Notes: generated by a model from the sequence alone, not told the origin. A DNA stretch of 33,603 nt from Candidatus Troglogloeales bacterium (GCA_005239745.1 SBBL01000018.1:1-33603); one strand, 5' to 3'. Numbered from the stretch's first letter, positions 24,435 through 33,603 are shown. Numbers and translations: made by a program.

Positions 24435-25323
24435 ATATCGTAAGCCGCCCGCCCTTCATATCGGCAATACCGTTGGCGTGATTGCCACGGCAGGACGGGT
24501 GGACCAGGTGGCGTTGGGTCGTGGGGTGGCCCATTTAGAGAAACTTGGGCTAAAAGTACAGCTGGGGCGGCATCTGGAGGGAAGCCACAGATACTTTGCA
24601 GGGACGGATGCAAATCGCGCGGAAGATTTACAGGCGATGTTGGCATGTCCAGACGTTGCAGCGGTTGTCTGCGCCCGAGGAGGAAGCGGGACAGGGAGAT
24701 TACTCCCCTATTTAACGCTTCCAGCAACCCCGAAAATTGTTATAGGCGCCAGCGACGCTACCTCGCTTCTGCTTTATTTAAACGCCCATCAGTGGGTGTC
24801 GTTTCATGGCCCGATGGTTGCGACACAATTTTCAGAAGCACCCATGAGAGAGAGAGATGACCTCTTTCTCCAGACACTGTCCGGCGAGATGGTTCATATG
24901 GCTTTTCCCAAGGCTGTCCCATTGCGGTCAGGGGTCGCAGAAGGGGTGTTGACGGGGGGGTGCCTAAGCCTTATCTGTACTACCATTGGAACGGCTTATG
25001 AGATTGCTACGGCGGAGGCTATCTTGTTTATTGAAGATACCAATGAAGCCCCATACCGCGTGGACCGGATGTTAAGCTATTTGAAGGCGGTGAAGAAGTT
25101 TGATGCGGTACGTGGTGTAATTTTTGGCCAAATGCCGGGCTGTGAACCGGACGTCTTACCTGATATTATACTTGATACCTTGGGTGATGCCCCGTTTCCA
25201 ATCTTATTTGGGTTCCCGTCGGGTCACGGAGACGCGGTGGCCACCCTTCCGTTTGGCATTCCCGTTCGGATGGACGCAGACGCCCGTACCCTCTCCCTAT
25301 TAACCCCGTCGGTGGCGACATGA
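24427..25323 (+). CDS. ldcA: LD-carboxypeptidase (muramoyltetrapeptide carboxypeptidase)
   Basis: 298 aa. LdcA-like blocks (VIATAGRV, YFAGTDANRAEDLQAML, ARGGSGTGRLL, catalytic-Ser region GASDATSLL). Overlaps the mpl stop by 8 nt. Confidence 0.8.
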   Translation: MDRYRKPPALHIGNTVGVIATAGRVDQVALGRGVAHLEKLGLKVQLGRHLEGSHRYFAGTDANRAEDLQAMLACPDVAAVVCARGGSGTGRLLPYLTLPATPKIVIGASDATSLLLYLNAHQWVSFHGPMVATQFSEAPMRERDDLFLQTLSGEMVHMAFPKAVPLRSGVAEGVLTGGCLSLICTTIGTAYEIATAEAILFIEDTNEAPYRVDRMLSYLKAVKKFDAVRGVIFGQMPGCEPDVLPDIILDTLGDAPFPILFGFPSGHGDAVATLPFGIPVRMDADARTLSLLTPSVAT

Positions 25324-25907
25324 TCCATCCCTTTTTGAACATTTCGCCAAAGTATCCGCCAAGCGTTTTTATTGCACCGTCGGCACGGGTGATTGGAGAC
25401 GTGGTGATTGGCGCGGAAAGTTCCATCTGGTTTGGGGCAGTGGTACGGGGTGATGTCCACTACATTCGGATTGGGGATCGCACCAATATTCAGGATTTGT
25501 CTATTTTACACGTGACGCGTATCACACATCCGCTGGTGATCGGGTCCGACGTGACTGTCGGTCATCACGTGACGTTACATGGTTGTACCATCGCCGATCG
25601 TGTACTGGTGGGAATGGGCGCCGTCGTCCTCGATGGGGCGGTTGTCGGGGAGGGTTCAATGATTGGGGCAATGGCGCTTGTAACGGAGAGAATGCAGGTG
25701 CCCCCCGGCGTGTTGGTTCTTGGGGTCCCGGCGCGGGTCAAGCGTTTACTGACGCCGGAAGAAACGGCGTTCCTTTTGCAATCGGCGCAAAACTACGTAC
25801 AGTTGAAATCGCATTACATGAGCGAAAGCAGCATGCCCCCAAGCCCTATGTCGGATACGTCTCCAAATGCCCCCGTAGCTCAGGCGGATAGAGCAACGGT
25901 TTCCTAA
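25320..25907 (+). CDS. gamma-class carbonic anhydrase family / hexapeptide-repeat protein (YrdA/PaaY-like)
   Basis: Left-handed beta-helix hexapeptide repeats with conserved His residues (ILHVTRITHPL, GHHVTLHGCTI). ATGA overlap with ldcA. Confidence 0.8.
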   Translation: MIHPFLNISPKYPPSVFIAPSARVIGDVVIGAESSIWFGAVVRGDVHYIRIGDRTNIQDLSILHVTRITHPLVIGSDVTVGHHVTLHGCTIADRVLVGMGAVVLDGAVVGEGSMIGAMALVTERMQVPPGVLVLGVPARVKRLLTPEETAFLLQSAQNYVQLKSHYMSESSMPPSPMSDTSPNAPVAQADRATVS

Positions 25908-26129
25908 ACCGTGTGCCGGGTGTTCGAGTCACCCCGGGGGCACCCCTAATAAATGATGGAGACTTTATTTATCCTAGACGGGTAGCCTCTTCTATTAGCA
26001 TGACGGGGATACCGCTTCGGATCGGGTAGGCCAGTTTACATGTCGCACAACTCAAGGCTTCCGGCCCGTATGCTTGAACGGTCCCCTTGCATTTTGGGCA
26101 GGCCAATAGGTTAAGGAGTGTCTGGTCAA

Positions 26130-27737
26130 TCATCTGATTTCCTCCAGGGTTTTGTCTGTTTTAGCCAACACCGTCTCACGATCCCGTAGGATCCATGTAA
26201 CGGCCGCGGACAGATCGTCCGCCACATAATGTGGGTTCTGGCTTGATGCCACGATTTCTTGGAGCGCGTTGTTCCCGTATCCTGTTCGCACCAATATCCC
26301 TTTTGCCCCCTGCCGTGCCAGGGTGGTATCCGTTAATCGGTCTCCCACGACATATGACCGTGCGTAGTCAATGGGATAGTCCCTCACGGCCTGTTCAATC
26401 ATGCCTGTTGCCGGTTTACGGCAACGACACTGTTGATTAGGGTGGTGCGGACAATAATAGACGCCATCAATATGTGCCCCTTCCATTGCAAGCAAGTGTG
26501 CCAAACGATGATGCACTTGCGAGACAAAGCCTTCTGTAAAAAATCCACGGGCAACGCCCGATTGATTGGTAACGATGATAACGAGTATCCCCTCCTGATT
26601 CAAACGCCTGATGGCCTCTGCCGCGTTTGGCGTGAGCGTCAGGCAGGTTACGGTATCTAGATAGCCGACTTCTTCATTCAACGTGCCATCCCGATCAAAA
26701 AAAACCGCCGTCTTCAGGTCCGTTTGCAACTCTCGGTTAGCCACTTCAAGCACCCGTGCTACGGATACGGATGTCATGCACCGATGATCAATCGGACAGT
26801 CGCGATAGGTGCATGGGGCACATTCAACGGGATGAGAAACGACCCGACCTTGCCGCTTACCGGGGGAGGTCACCATGGGACTCGTCGGCCCAAAAATGGC
26901 CGCTAAAGGCACCCCTAACGCAGACGCAATATGCATCGGGCCCGAATCGTTCGATAAAAAAAAGCGACATTGGGAGATGAGTGCAACCATCTGCCGCAGC
27001 GTTGTTTTACCGGCAAGTTGAATCGCCGGGTGCCGCATGTGGCGCCTAACTTCTTCGGCAACACCGCACTCATTCGCACTCCCTAGGAGTAAGACATGAG
27101 CCGGTTGCTCCGCAACAAGGGCGTCCACCGTCTCTGCAAAGCGCCTTGCGTCCCATCGCTTCGCAGAGCCGTAAGCCGCACCTGCCTGAACGCCAATGCA
27201 GGAATCCGACGGCAAAACGCCAAACGGAGCCAACCATTTGCGCGCTGCTTGTCGCTCGTCTGCCGTAGCGATGAGGTACGGCTGGCTGGGTGGGGCCGGT
27301 TGTCGCAAGAGTCGAAGCAGTCCTAAGTAGACATCCTGTTGGTGGCCGTTTGGTTTGATCGCGTGGTCGGTTAGAAGCCAACGTCTACCGTCGGTTGCAT
27401 ACCCAACCCGTTTAGGGATACGGGCAAGCGCGACAATGAGTGCTGATTCAAAGGAATTGGGCAGGAGAATGGCCAGGTCAAACGATTCTTTCCTAAGTCG
27501 CCTAGAGAGCCTAAGAATCCCGATAGGGCCGCTATGGTCGCCGGGGGATTCATAGGCAAGTAAGGTATCAATGGTCGGGTGGTGTTCAAAAAGAGATAAA
27601 ACGGCCGCTTTGGCAAGCAGGGTAATCGTTGCCTCTTTGAAGCCGGTTCGAATGGCCGACAATGTCGGAATGGCCATTACCGCATCGCCAATCCAATTCG
27701 GTGCCCGAATCAGTATCTTTTTAACTGGGGTGACCAT
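26130..27737 (-). CDS. fusion protein: GT9 ADP-heptose:LPS heptosyltransferase domain + D,D-heptose 1,7-bisphosphate phosphatase (GmhB, HAD) domain
   Basis: N-terminal KKILIRAPNWIGDAVMAIPTL (the WaaF/WaaC hallmark) through about 340 aa. C-terminal HAD motif I VFFDRDGTLNEE and later GDRLTDT (motif III region), as in GmhB. Start placed at the internal Met (MVTPVKKILIR); the ORF track extends 36 nt further. Confidence 0.75.
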   Translation of the reverse strand: MVTPVKKILIRAPNWIGDAVMAIPTLSAIRTGFKEATITLLAKAAVLSLFEHHPTIDTLLAYESPGDHSGPIGILRLSRRLRKESFDLAILLPNSFESALIVALARIPKRVGYATDGRRWLLTDHAIKPNGHQQDVYLGLLRLLRQPAPPSQPYLIATADERQAARKWLAPFGVLPSDSCIGVQAGAAYGSAKRWDARRFAETVDALVAEQPAHVLLLGSANECGVAEEVRRHMRHPAIQLAGKTTLRQMVALISQCRFFLSNDSGPMHIASALGVPLAAIFGPTSPMVTSPGKRQGRVVSHPVECAPCTYRDCPIDHRCMTSVSVARVLEVANRELQTDLKTAVFFDRDGTLNEEVGYLDTVTCLTLTPNAAEAIRRLNQEGILVIIVTNQSGVARGFFTEGFVSQVHHRLAHLLAMEGAHIDGVYYCPHHPNQQCRCRKPATGMIEQAVRDYPIDYARSYVVGDRLTDTTLARQGAKGILVRTGYGNNALQEIVASSQNPHYVADDLSAAVTWILRDRETVLAKTDKTLEEIR

Positions 27738-27812
27738 TTGACTTCCTGTGTTAGATTGTACAGGATAGACCACCGGGTTTTACTTAAGCAATACCAATAT
27801 CAGGAAAGGCAC

Positions 27813-28340
27813 GTGTCACAGCTTCAGGAACGTATTATCCGCGCCGCAAAGCTGGATGTCCACCTTTATGAAGAGGTGGAGGCTGATCCGGACGCGATAG
27901 GTCAGGCGATGACCGTTGTCCTCTTGTCTGCGCTTGCGGCCGGGATTGGCAGCTTTGCCTATGGCGGTTTTGGTCAATTGGTCATCGGTGCCATCGGGGC
28001 CCTCGCGGGATGGTACATTTGGGCATTGCTTGTCTATTACATTGGAACACGATGGCTTCCCGAACCGCAGACCCGTGCGGATCAGGGAGAGCTGTTACGG
28101 GCCATCGGGTTTGCAAGCGCGCCAGGCTTAATCCGTGTCGTAGGGATTATCCCGGGTTTGACGGGCACTGTCTTTTCTCTCGCCGGCATCTGGATGCTGG
28201 TAGCAATGGTGGTTGCCGTCCGCCAGGCCCTGGATTATCACAGCACATGGCGCGCGGTAGGCGTTTGCATCATTGGTTGGGTGGTACAGGCTGTGATTCT
28301 TGTGGTTGCCATTTCGCTCTTTGCATCTACACCCCTCTAG
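27813..28340 (+). CDS. Yip1-domain family integral membrane protein (hypothetical)
   Basis: Multi-TM protein with a Yip1/DUF1282-like pattern (…IGFASAPGLIRVVGIIPGL…). Start uncertain: GTG 27813 is chosen to avoid overlapping the divergent upstream gene; the ORF track starts at 27738. Confidence 0.5.
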   Translation: MSQLQERIIRAAKLDVHLYEEVEADPDAIGQAMTVVLLSALAAGIGSFAYGGFGQLVIGAIGALAGWYIWALLVYYIGTRWLPEPQTRADQGELLRAIGFASAPGLIRVVGIIPGLTGTVFSLAGIWMLVAMVVAVRQALDYHSTWRAVGVCIIGWVVQAVILVVAISLFASTPL

Positions 28341-28526
28341 GGACAATTTTTTTGGCTTTTTGGCTCATCGCGTCACCCCCCAAGGTATTTCAATCCTTTT
28401 CAGGGAATTCATCTCCGAACACCTGCCGCTTATGACCTCGGCCCTGAAGCATTACAGCTACTGTCCGCAACAATACGCACTTATTTGTAATGAAACGTTA
28501 GAGGGTGTTGACGTTCTGCAACAACT

Positions 28527-28541
28527 GTAATACCGTATTAC
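28527..28541. promoter_or_regulatory. 7-1-7 perfect palindrome GTAATAC-C-GTATTAC in the nuoF leader (candidate operator)
   Basis: Perfect inverted repeat 53-67 nt upstream of the nuoF start, 14 nt downstream of a TTGACG -35-like hexamer (28508-28513). Confidence 0.3.
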
Positions 28542-28593
28542 CGTCGGGTGCTTCGGCTTACCTGTTTTAAGTCCAACCCCTACAGGAGTTTTG

Positions 28594-29892
28594 ATGGTGT
28601 CGTACGAAAAGATATTAACAAAAAATATGGATACCCCGGGGTATATGGGCACACTGCCTGAATATCGGGCGACCGGCGGCTATACGGCGTTTGAAAAGGC
28701 ATTGAAGATGCCTCCCGCCGAGATTATTGACATCGTCAAGAAATCCGGGTTGCGGGGTCGAGGGGGGGCTGGGTTTCCAACCGGCGTTAAGTGGAGTTTC
28801 ATCCCAAAGACGCACGTGGGGCAGCGCTATCTCTGCTGCAATGCGGACGAGAGCGAGCCCGGAACCTTCAAGGACCGCCAACTGATCGAGCGTGACCCCC
28901 ACCAAATGCTGGAAGGCATTGGCATTGCCTCCTACGCCATTGGGGCCAGTGTGGCCTATATCTATATCCGTGGAGAGTTTGACCTGGGGGCTAAAATTAT
29001 TGAATCGGCCATACAAGAAGCTTACCAGGCGAAGTTTTTTGGAAAAAACCTATTGGGTAGTGGCTTCAATCTGGAGGTTATCCTTCACCGAGGCGCCGGT
29101 GCCTATATCTGCGGTGAGGAGACGGCCTTGCTTGAGTCCATTGAAGGCAAACGAGGTAAACCACGAACCAAACCGCCTTTCCCGGCCGTCCATGGCCTCT
29201 ATCAGGCCCCTACCGTTGTTAATAATGTTGAGACCTTGGCTAATGTACCGTACATCATTAACCGGGGGGCCGAATGGTACGCGTCAATCGGTACACCAAA
29301 AAGCCCGGGAACCCGTATTTTTTCAGTCAGCGGCCATGTCAAGCGGCCGGGCAATTATGAAGTGCCGTTAGGGATCACCCTGCGGGAGATGATCTACACG
29401 TGCGCGGGTGGCATTCGCAACGATAAGGCACTAAAGGCCATTATTCCGGGAGGTGCGTCTGCTGCATTTCTGACCCCCGCCCATCTCGATACCCCAATGG
29501 ACTTTGAGGCGATTGCGCAGATCGGTTCAATGCTTGGATCAGGGGGAGTGACCGTGATGGACGAAGAGACCTGCATGGTACAGGCGGCCACCAACCTCCT
29601 TGAGTTTTTTTACCACGAATCGTGTGGAAAGTGTACACCGTGTCGCGAGGGAAGCTCTTGGATTTTGCAGGTATTGCACCGGATTGAGCGGGGCACAGGC
29701 CGTGCGTCTGATCTTGACCTGCTTGAGACCCTCTGCCGTCGAATTGAAGGGGTAACGGTCTGTGCCTTTGGGGATGCCGAGGTGGCGCCCGTGCTTTCTA
29801 CCCTTAAGCATTTCAAAGAAGAATACGTGGCTCATATTGAGGGGAGGGGCTGCCCCTTTCAACCGAACGTTGAGCTTGTCATGGCGCACTGA
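28594..29892 (+). CDS. nuoF: NADH-quinone oxidoreductase subunit F (51-kDa, FMN/NADH-binding)
   Basis: NADH/FMN-binding glycine-rich motifs (GRGGAGFPTG, GAGAYICGEETAL) and the 4Fe-4S N3 motif ESCGKCTPCREG. ATG with an AGGAG RBS 5 nt upstream. Confidence 0.95.
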   Translation: MVSYEKILTKNMDTPGYMGTLPEYRATGGYTAFEKALKMPPAEIIDIVKKSGLRGRGGAGFPTGVKWSFIPKTHVGQRYLCCNADESEPGTFKDRQLIERDPHQMLEGIGIASYAIGASVAYIYIRGEFDLGAKIIESAIQEAYQAKFFGKNLLGSGFNLEVILHRGAGAYICGEETALLESIEGKRGKPRTKPPFPAVHGLYQAPTVVNNVETLANVPYIINRGAEWYASIGTPKSPGTRIFSVSGHVKRPGNYEVPLGITLREMIYTCAGGIRNDKALKAIIPGGASAAFLTPAHLDTPMDFEAIAQIGSMLGSGGVTVMDEETCMVQAATNLLEFFYHESCGKCTPCREGSSWILQVLHRIERGTGRASDLDLLETLCRRIEGVTVCAFGDAEVAPVLSTLKHFKEEYVAHIEGRGCPFQPNVELVMAH

Positions 29893-29919
29893 GAGGGCGC
29901 TTTTTTTTAAGGAGTGATT

Positions 29920-32523
29920 GTGGCTGGCTTCGTTCATTTAACAATTGACGGTCAAGGTATTGAGGTCGAAAGCGGGACACCGCTGATTGAAGCGGCTAAA
30001 CAAGCGGGCGCCGAGATCGCGCATTTTTGTTATCACCCCAAACTGAAACCGGACGCCAATTGCCGCATGTGTCTGGTTGAGATTGAGAAGATGCCGAAAT
30101 TGCAGACTTCGTGTAGTACACCGGCCGCTGAAGGGATGGTCGTGCACACGGCCTCTAATCGGGTAAAGCAGGCGCAAGAAGGGGTCATGTCCTTTTTACT
30201 GGGCAATCACCCGCTAGACTGCCCGGAGTGCGATCAGGGCGGGGAATGCCAATTACAGGACTTTGCCCATCAACACTCTCCCACCCTCAGCCCATTTTCC
30301 GAGGAAAAGCGCGTCTTCGACAAAGAATATTTTGGACCTCTCATCGAAAAGGAAATGAACCGTTGTGTCTCGTGCCTGCGTTGCGTCCGCTATTGCGACG
30401 AGGTGCTAGACGTAAACGCCCTAGGCTCCATTGATCGCGGCACCATGACGCAGATTGGCGGGTTTGCACACCATGAACTTGACTGCGAATTCTGCGGGGG
30501 CTGCATCCAAATCTGTCCGGTAGGGGCACTGACCAGTCGGCTTTCAATGTACGATTATCGGCCCTGGCAGGTCAAAAAGACCGAAACGATTTGTAACTAT
30601 TGCGGTGACGGTTGTGAGCTGACGCTTGAGAGCATCAACAACACGGTGGTCAGGACCAGCTCGAAGCTTGGTACCGGACGCAACACGGGAGACCTCTGCG
30701 TCCGCGGCTTCTTTGGCTATGGTGCCATCGGACACAAAGACCGCCTCACACGGCCCATGATCCGCCGGGGCAACCATCGTCTTCAAATTACGTGGAAAGG
30801 TGCTGTGGAATCCGCGGTCGCGGCCCTGAAAAAGATTGTGGAAACGCACGGCCCTGGAAGCGTGGGTGGCGTTATCTCGGCCCACTGCACCAATGAAGAG
30901 ATTTATCTTTTTCAAAAACTGTTGCGGCAAGGGATAGGAACGCCCCATGTGGATAGCTCAACACGCTATGGGTATGTCAACGCCATTACCGGATTACACA
31001 AAGTTTTTGGAACGACACGGCTTGCCCGATACGAAGATGTGGTGGGTGCCGACGTACTCTTAGTCTTTGCAGGAGAGATGACCGAGACCAATCCCATTGC
31101 CGCGTTAAAAGTCAAAGAAGCCGTTAGGAAGCACAACGCGACACTCATTGCGGTTGATGCCTATACTAAACAGAGCGACCCGTTCCGTAGCCATCTTCCT
31201 CGTTTAGCCAAATACCATCTTCAGATTTTGCAAGGGGCCGAGTCCCTTGCCATCGTTGGCCTAACAAAAGCATTACTAGAGAATCCTGTCCTCTCTGAAG
31301 GGGATTTTTCTCCCCTGTTTCTTGAGCAGGTCACGAAGTCGGTGGCTTTGTTTTCCTTTGAGGAAATCCATGCTGCGACGGGTATCTCCCAAGAGGCCTT
31401 TTCGCAGGCAGCAGCAGCGTATGCAGGCGCAACGCGCGGGGTACTAATCTTTGGCAGGGCAATTACCGGCAGTGAGGAAGGCTACATAAATGTCGTCCGA
31501 CTTGCCCATCTTGCGATCCTTGCCAAGCAAGTGGGACGCCCAGGGACAGGCATCTTAGCGCTTGCTTCCGAGAACAATGCCTACGGTGCCATTGCAATGG
31601 GGGGCCTGCCGGAATATCTTCCCGGCTTTTCTCCGGCCAACGGAGCGGGTTATACATTGCCGGGGATGCTGGATGCCTGCGAGCGTGGGGAGATAAAGGC
31701 ACTTTACCTGGTCGGAGAGAACCCCCTACGGTCATTGCCCCAAAAGAACGTTCAAGCAGCACTTTCCAAATTAGACCTTCTCATCTGCCAAGACCTGTTT
31801 TTATCAGAGACGGCTGCCATAGCGCACGTGGTTTTCCCGGCAGTCAGTTTTGCAGAAAAAGAAGGGCGGTTTACCAATCAAGAAGGTGAGGTGCAGCGGG
31901 TGCGTAAGGCCGTTGAGCCGGTGGGCAACGCGAAGACCGATTTAGAAATTTTCTCGATGATGGGGGCTGCGATCGCCTCATCGTCCGCAGCCGGCGTTCC
32001 GGCCGTTTCGTTCGACTACGCCAATAGCGAAGCCGTTTGGCGGGAGATTATGGCGACCGTTCCTGACGGGTTTCATACAGACTCCGCGGAAGCCGTATCC
32101 CAACATGTGGCCGTCTATGCCCAACAGGCCATTGAACTTGCGCCACCCGTGGTAATCTCAAAGAGGCGTAATCCGGATGAGTTTGACCTTCAAGTTGGAC
32201 AAGCCCTATTCCACTCGGGACGGATGAGTACGTACGCGAGTGGCTTAACCACACTCCTATCAAGTGCCATTGTGTTGATGCATCCATCCGATTCCGATAG
32301 AATGGGGGTTGAAGAAGGAGAGCAAGTTACCCTGCGAGCCGGGTCAGGTACCGTCTGTCTGCCGGTGAAGACAAGTCTCAAGGTTCAACCGGGCACGCTC
32401 TTTGTCCCAGAGCATTTCAGTTTAGACGTCAAGCGGCTCTTGCCGTTGGCCTTTGACCCGACAACCGGTGTACCCTATAGTACCCGCGGCCGGGTCACGG
32501 TCTCAAAACAAAAAATTTCTTAA
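29920..32523 (+). CDS. nuoG: NADH-quinone oxidoreductase subunit G (75-kDa, Fe-S, molybdopterin-oxidoreductase fold)
   Basis: N-terminal 2Fe-2S ferredoxin domain (CYHPKL...CRMCLVEI), then HPLDCPECDQGGECQLQ and CVSCLRCVRYC...C..C 4Fe-4S motifs, and a long C-terminal molybdopterin-oxidoreductase-like domain. GTG start with an AAGGAG RBS. Confidence 0.9.
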   Translation: MAGFVHLTIDGQGIEVESGTPLIEAAKQAGAEIAHFCYHPKLKPDANCRMCLVEIEKMPKLQTSCSTPAAEGMVVHTASNRVKQAQEGVMSFLLGNHPLDCPECDQGGECQLQDFAHQHSPTLSPFSEEKRVFDKEYFGPLIEKEMNRCVSCLRCVRYCDEVLDVNALGSIDRGTMTQIGGFAHHELDCEFCGGCIQICPVGALTSRLSMYDYRPWQVKKTETICNYCGDGCELTLESINNTVVRTSSKLGTGRNTGDLCVRGFFGYGAIGHKDRLTRPMIRRGNHRLQITWKGAVESAVAALKKIVETHGPGSVGGVISAHCTNEEIYLFQKLLRQGIGTPHVDSSTRYGYVNAITGLHKVFGTTRLARYEDVVGADVLLVFAGEMTETNPIAALKVKEAVRKHNATLIAVDAYTKQSDPFRSHLPRLAKYHLQILQGAESLAIVGLTKALLENPVLSEGDFSPLFLEQVTKSVALFSFEEIHAATGISQEAFSQAAAAYAGATRGVLIFGRAITGSEEGYINVVRLAHLAILAKQVGRPGTGILALASENNAYGAIAMGGLPEYLPGFSPANGAGYTLPGMLDACERGEIKALYLVGENPLRSLPQKNVQAALSKLDLLICQDLFLSETAAIAHVVFPAVSFAEKEGRFTNQEGEVQRVRKAVEPVGNAKTDLEIFSMMGAAIASSSAAGVPAVSFDYANSEAVWREIMATVPDGFHTDSAEAVSQHVAVYAQQAIELAPPVVISKRRNPDEFDLQVGQALFHSGRMSTYASGLTTLLSSAIVLMHPSDSDRMGVEEGEQVTLRAGSGTVCLPVKTSLKVQPGTLFVPEHFSLDVKRLLPLAFDPTTGVPYSTRGRVTVSKQKIS

Positions 32524-32562
32524 TTCCCCTCCTAAACCAAGGAGGGGCTAGGGGTGGTTTGA

Positions 32563-33582
32563 ATGGATACGGTCTTTCAGATTGTTTTTATTCTCGTGCA
32601 CATTGCCATTATTATGGGCGGGGTACTGTTGCACGTTGCCTACCTAACGCTTGCAGAGCGAAAGATCCTCGGCGATATGCAGGATCGTCTGGGGCCCATG
32701 GAAGTGGGGTGGCACGGCATTTTGCAGCCCATCGCCGATGGCATTAAACTCTTCTTCAAAGAAGATATCATCCCCTCCGGCACCAACAAGATTATCTTCA
32801 GCGCGGCGCCGATTCTATCACTGGTTCCGGCGCTCATTGGTTTTGCCGTGGTGCCGTTTGGGCGAGACAGCCTGCACATTGGGAACGTCACGTTTGCGCC
32901 GGTTCTCACGGATATTAACATTGGCATTCTCTACATCCTTGCCTTCGCGTCGTTGGGGGCGTATGGGGTGTTATTAGGGGGTTGGGCGTCAAATAGCAAG
33001 TATTCGTTGTTGGGCGGGCTTCGATCGGCAGCGCAGGTCATCAGTTATGAATTGCCACTGGGGCTGGCACTCGTTGGGCCAATTTTGTTGTCACAATCCC
33101 TTTCGATGGTTTCCATGACCGATGCTCAGGGAGGCGGATTTTGGAACTGGTTCGTTATCGTACAACCCATTGGGTTTGTCATCTATGTCATTTGTGCCCT
33201 TGCAGAGACCAATCGGTTGCCGTTTGATCTACCGGAGGCGGAGAGCGAGCTCGTGGCGGGTTTTTTTACCGAGTATTCCGGAATGCGGTTTGCCTTCTAT
33301 TTTCTGGCGGAATACGCCAATATGATCCTGGTTTCGTCTATTGCCACTGTCGCATTTCTAGGCGGCTGGCACGCCCCGTTCCCCTTTCTGGAGTTTATCC
33401 CCCCCATCTTTTGGTTTATGGGTAAGGTTTACGCGTTGCTCTTCTTTTTTATCTGGCTGCGGGCAACGGTTCCGCGCCTACGTTTCGATCAGCTTATGGG
33501 GTTTAGTTGGAAGATTATGCTGCCGCTTGCGTTGGCCAACATCCTCGTGACGTCCATCGTGGCCTATTTTGTGCGACAGTGA
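32563..33582 (+). CDS. nuoH: NADH-quinone oxidoreductase subunit H (membrane subunit, ND1 homologue)
   Basis: 339 aa polytopic membrane protein. Canonical NuoH N-terminal block AYLTLAERKILGDMQDRLGP and the conserved EYSGMRFAFYFLAEY region. Confidence 0.95.
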   Translation: MDTVFQIVFILVHIAIIMGGVLLHVAYLTLAERKILGDMQDRLGPMEVGWHGILQPIADGIKLFFKEDIIPSGTNKIIFSAAPILSLVPALIGFAVVPFGRDSLHIGNVTFAPVLTDINIGILYILAFASLGAYGVLLGGWASNSKYSLLGGLRSAAQVISYELPLGLALVGPILLSQSLSMVSMTDAQGGGFWNWFVIVQPIGFVIYVICALAETNRLPFDLPEAESELVAGFFTEYSGMRFAFYFLAEYANMILVSSIATVAFLGGWHAPFPFLEFIPPIFWFMGKVYALLFFFIWLRATVPRLRFDQLMGFSWKIMLPLALANILVTSIVAYFVRQ

Positions 33583-33603
33583 GAAGTGAAACATCCATAG
33601 GGC

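Noticed and set aside
25583-25891. 102-aa Gly/Arg-rich ORF inside the gamma-CA gene in another frame
   Set aside because: Low-complexity translation of the GC-rich coding sequence of a well-supported gene.
1-33603. CRISPR arrays, rRNA genes, integrase/transposase genes, prophage or plasmid modules
   Set aside because: None found. No regularly spaced direct repeats, no rRNA-like conserved stretches, and no recombinase- or transposase-like ORFs. The window looks like core chromosome apart from the small repeat elements.

Overview
This 33.6-kb window looks like chromosomal DNA of moderately high GC content (roughly 55-58%), densely packed with housekeeping and energy-metabolism genes. I call 36 protein-coding genes and one tRNA. 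The main cluster is a five-gene 2-oxoacid:ferredoxin oxidoreductase set: a putative epsilon-like subunit, then alpha, beta, gamma and a delta ferredoxin. Other genes include nuoF-nuoG-nuoH, guaA, bioB, ogt, folC, trpD, mpl-ldcA, three type II secretion/pseudopilus genes (gspL-like, gspM-like, gspK), zapB-like and zapA followed by tRNA-Met(CAU), and a triple-GAF sensor histidine kinase next to DsrE/DsrH-like genes. There is also a heptosyltransferase-GmhB fusion. The five-subunit OFOR architecture and the GC content suggest a Nitrospirota-like autotroph (Nitrospira or Leptospirillum); this is inference only.

The most unusual feature is a family of three palindromic intergenic elements of about 143 bp (one copy expanded to 186 bp), each bounded by perfect 17-bp terminal inverted repeats, GGGCACCTCTAAAAACC / GGTTTTTAGAGGTGCCC. 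They resemble MITEs or REP-like elements and cluster within 6.5 kb. One sits between the OFOR beta and gamma genes and one between gspL-like and gspM-like. Two copies abut stop codons and carry perfect 4-bp direct flanks. Other oddities: a (GTGC)6 microsatellite next to a terminator, a zapA reading frame that runs 21 nt into the tRNA, an 18-bp tandem duplication at the 5' end of the kinase gene, and a 7-1-7 palindrome upstream of nuoF. No CRISPR array, rRNA or complete insertion sequence with a transposase was seen.
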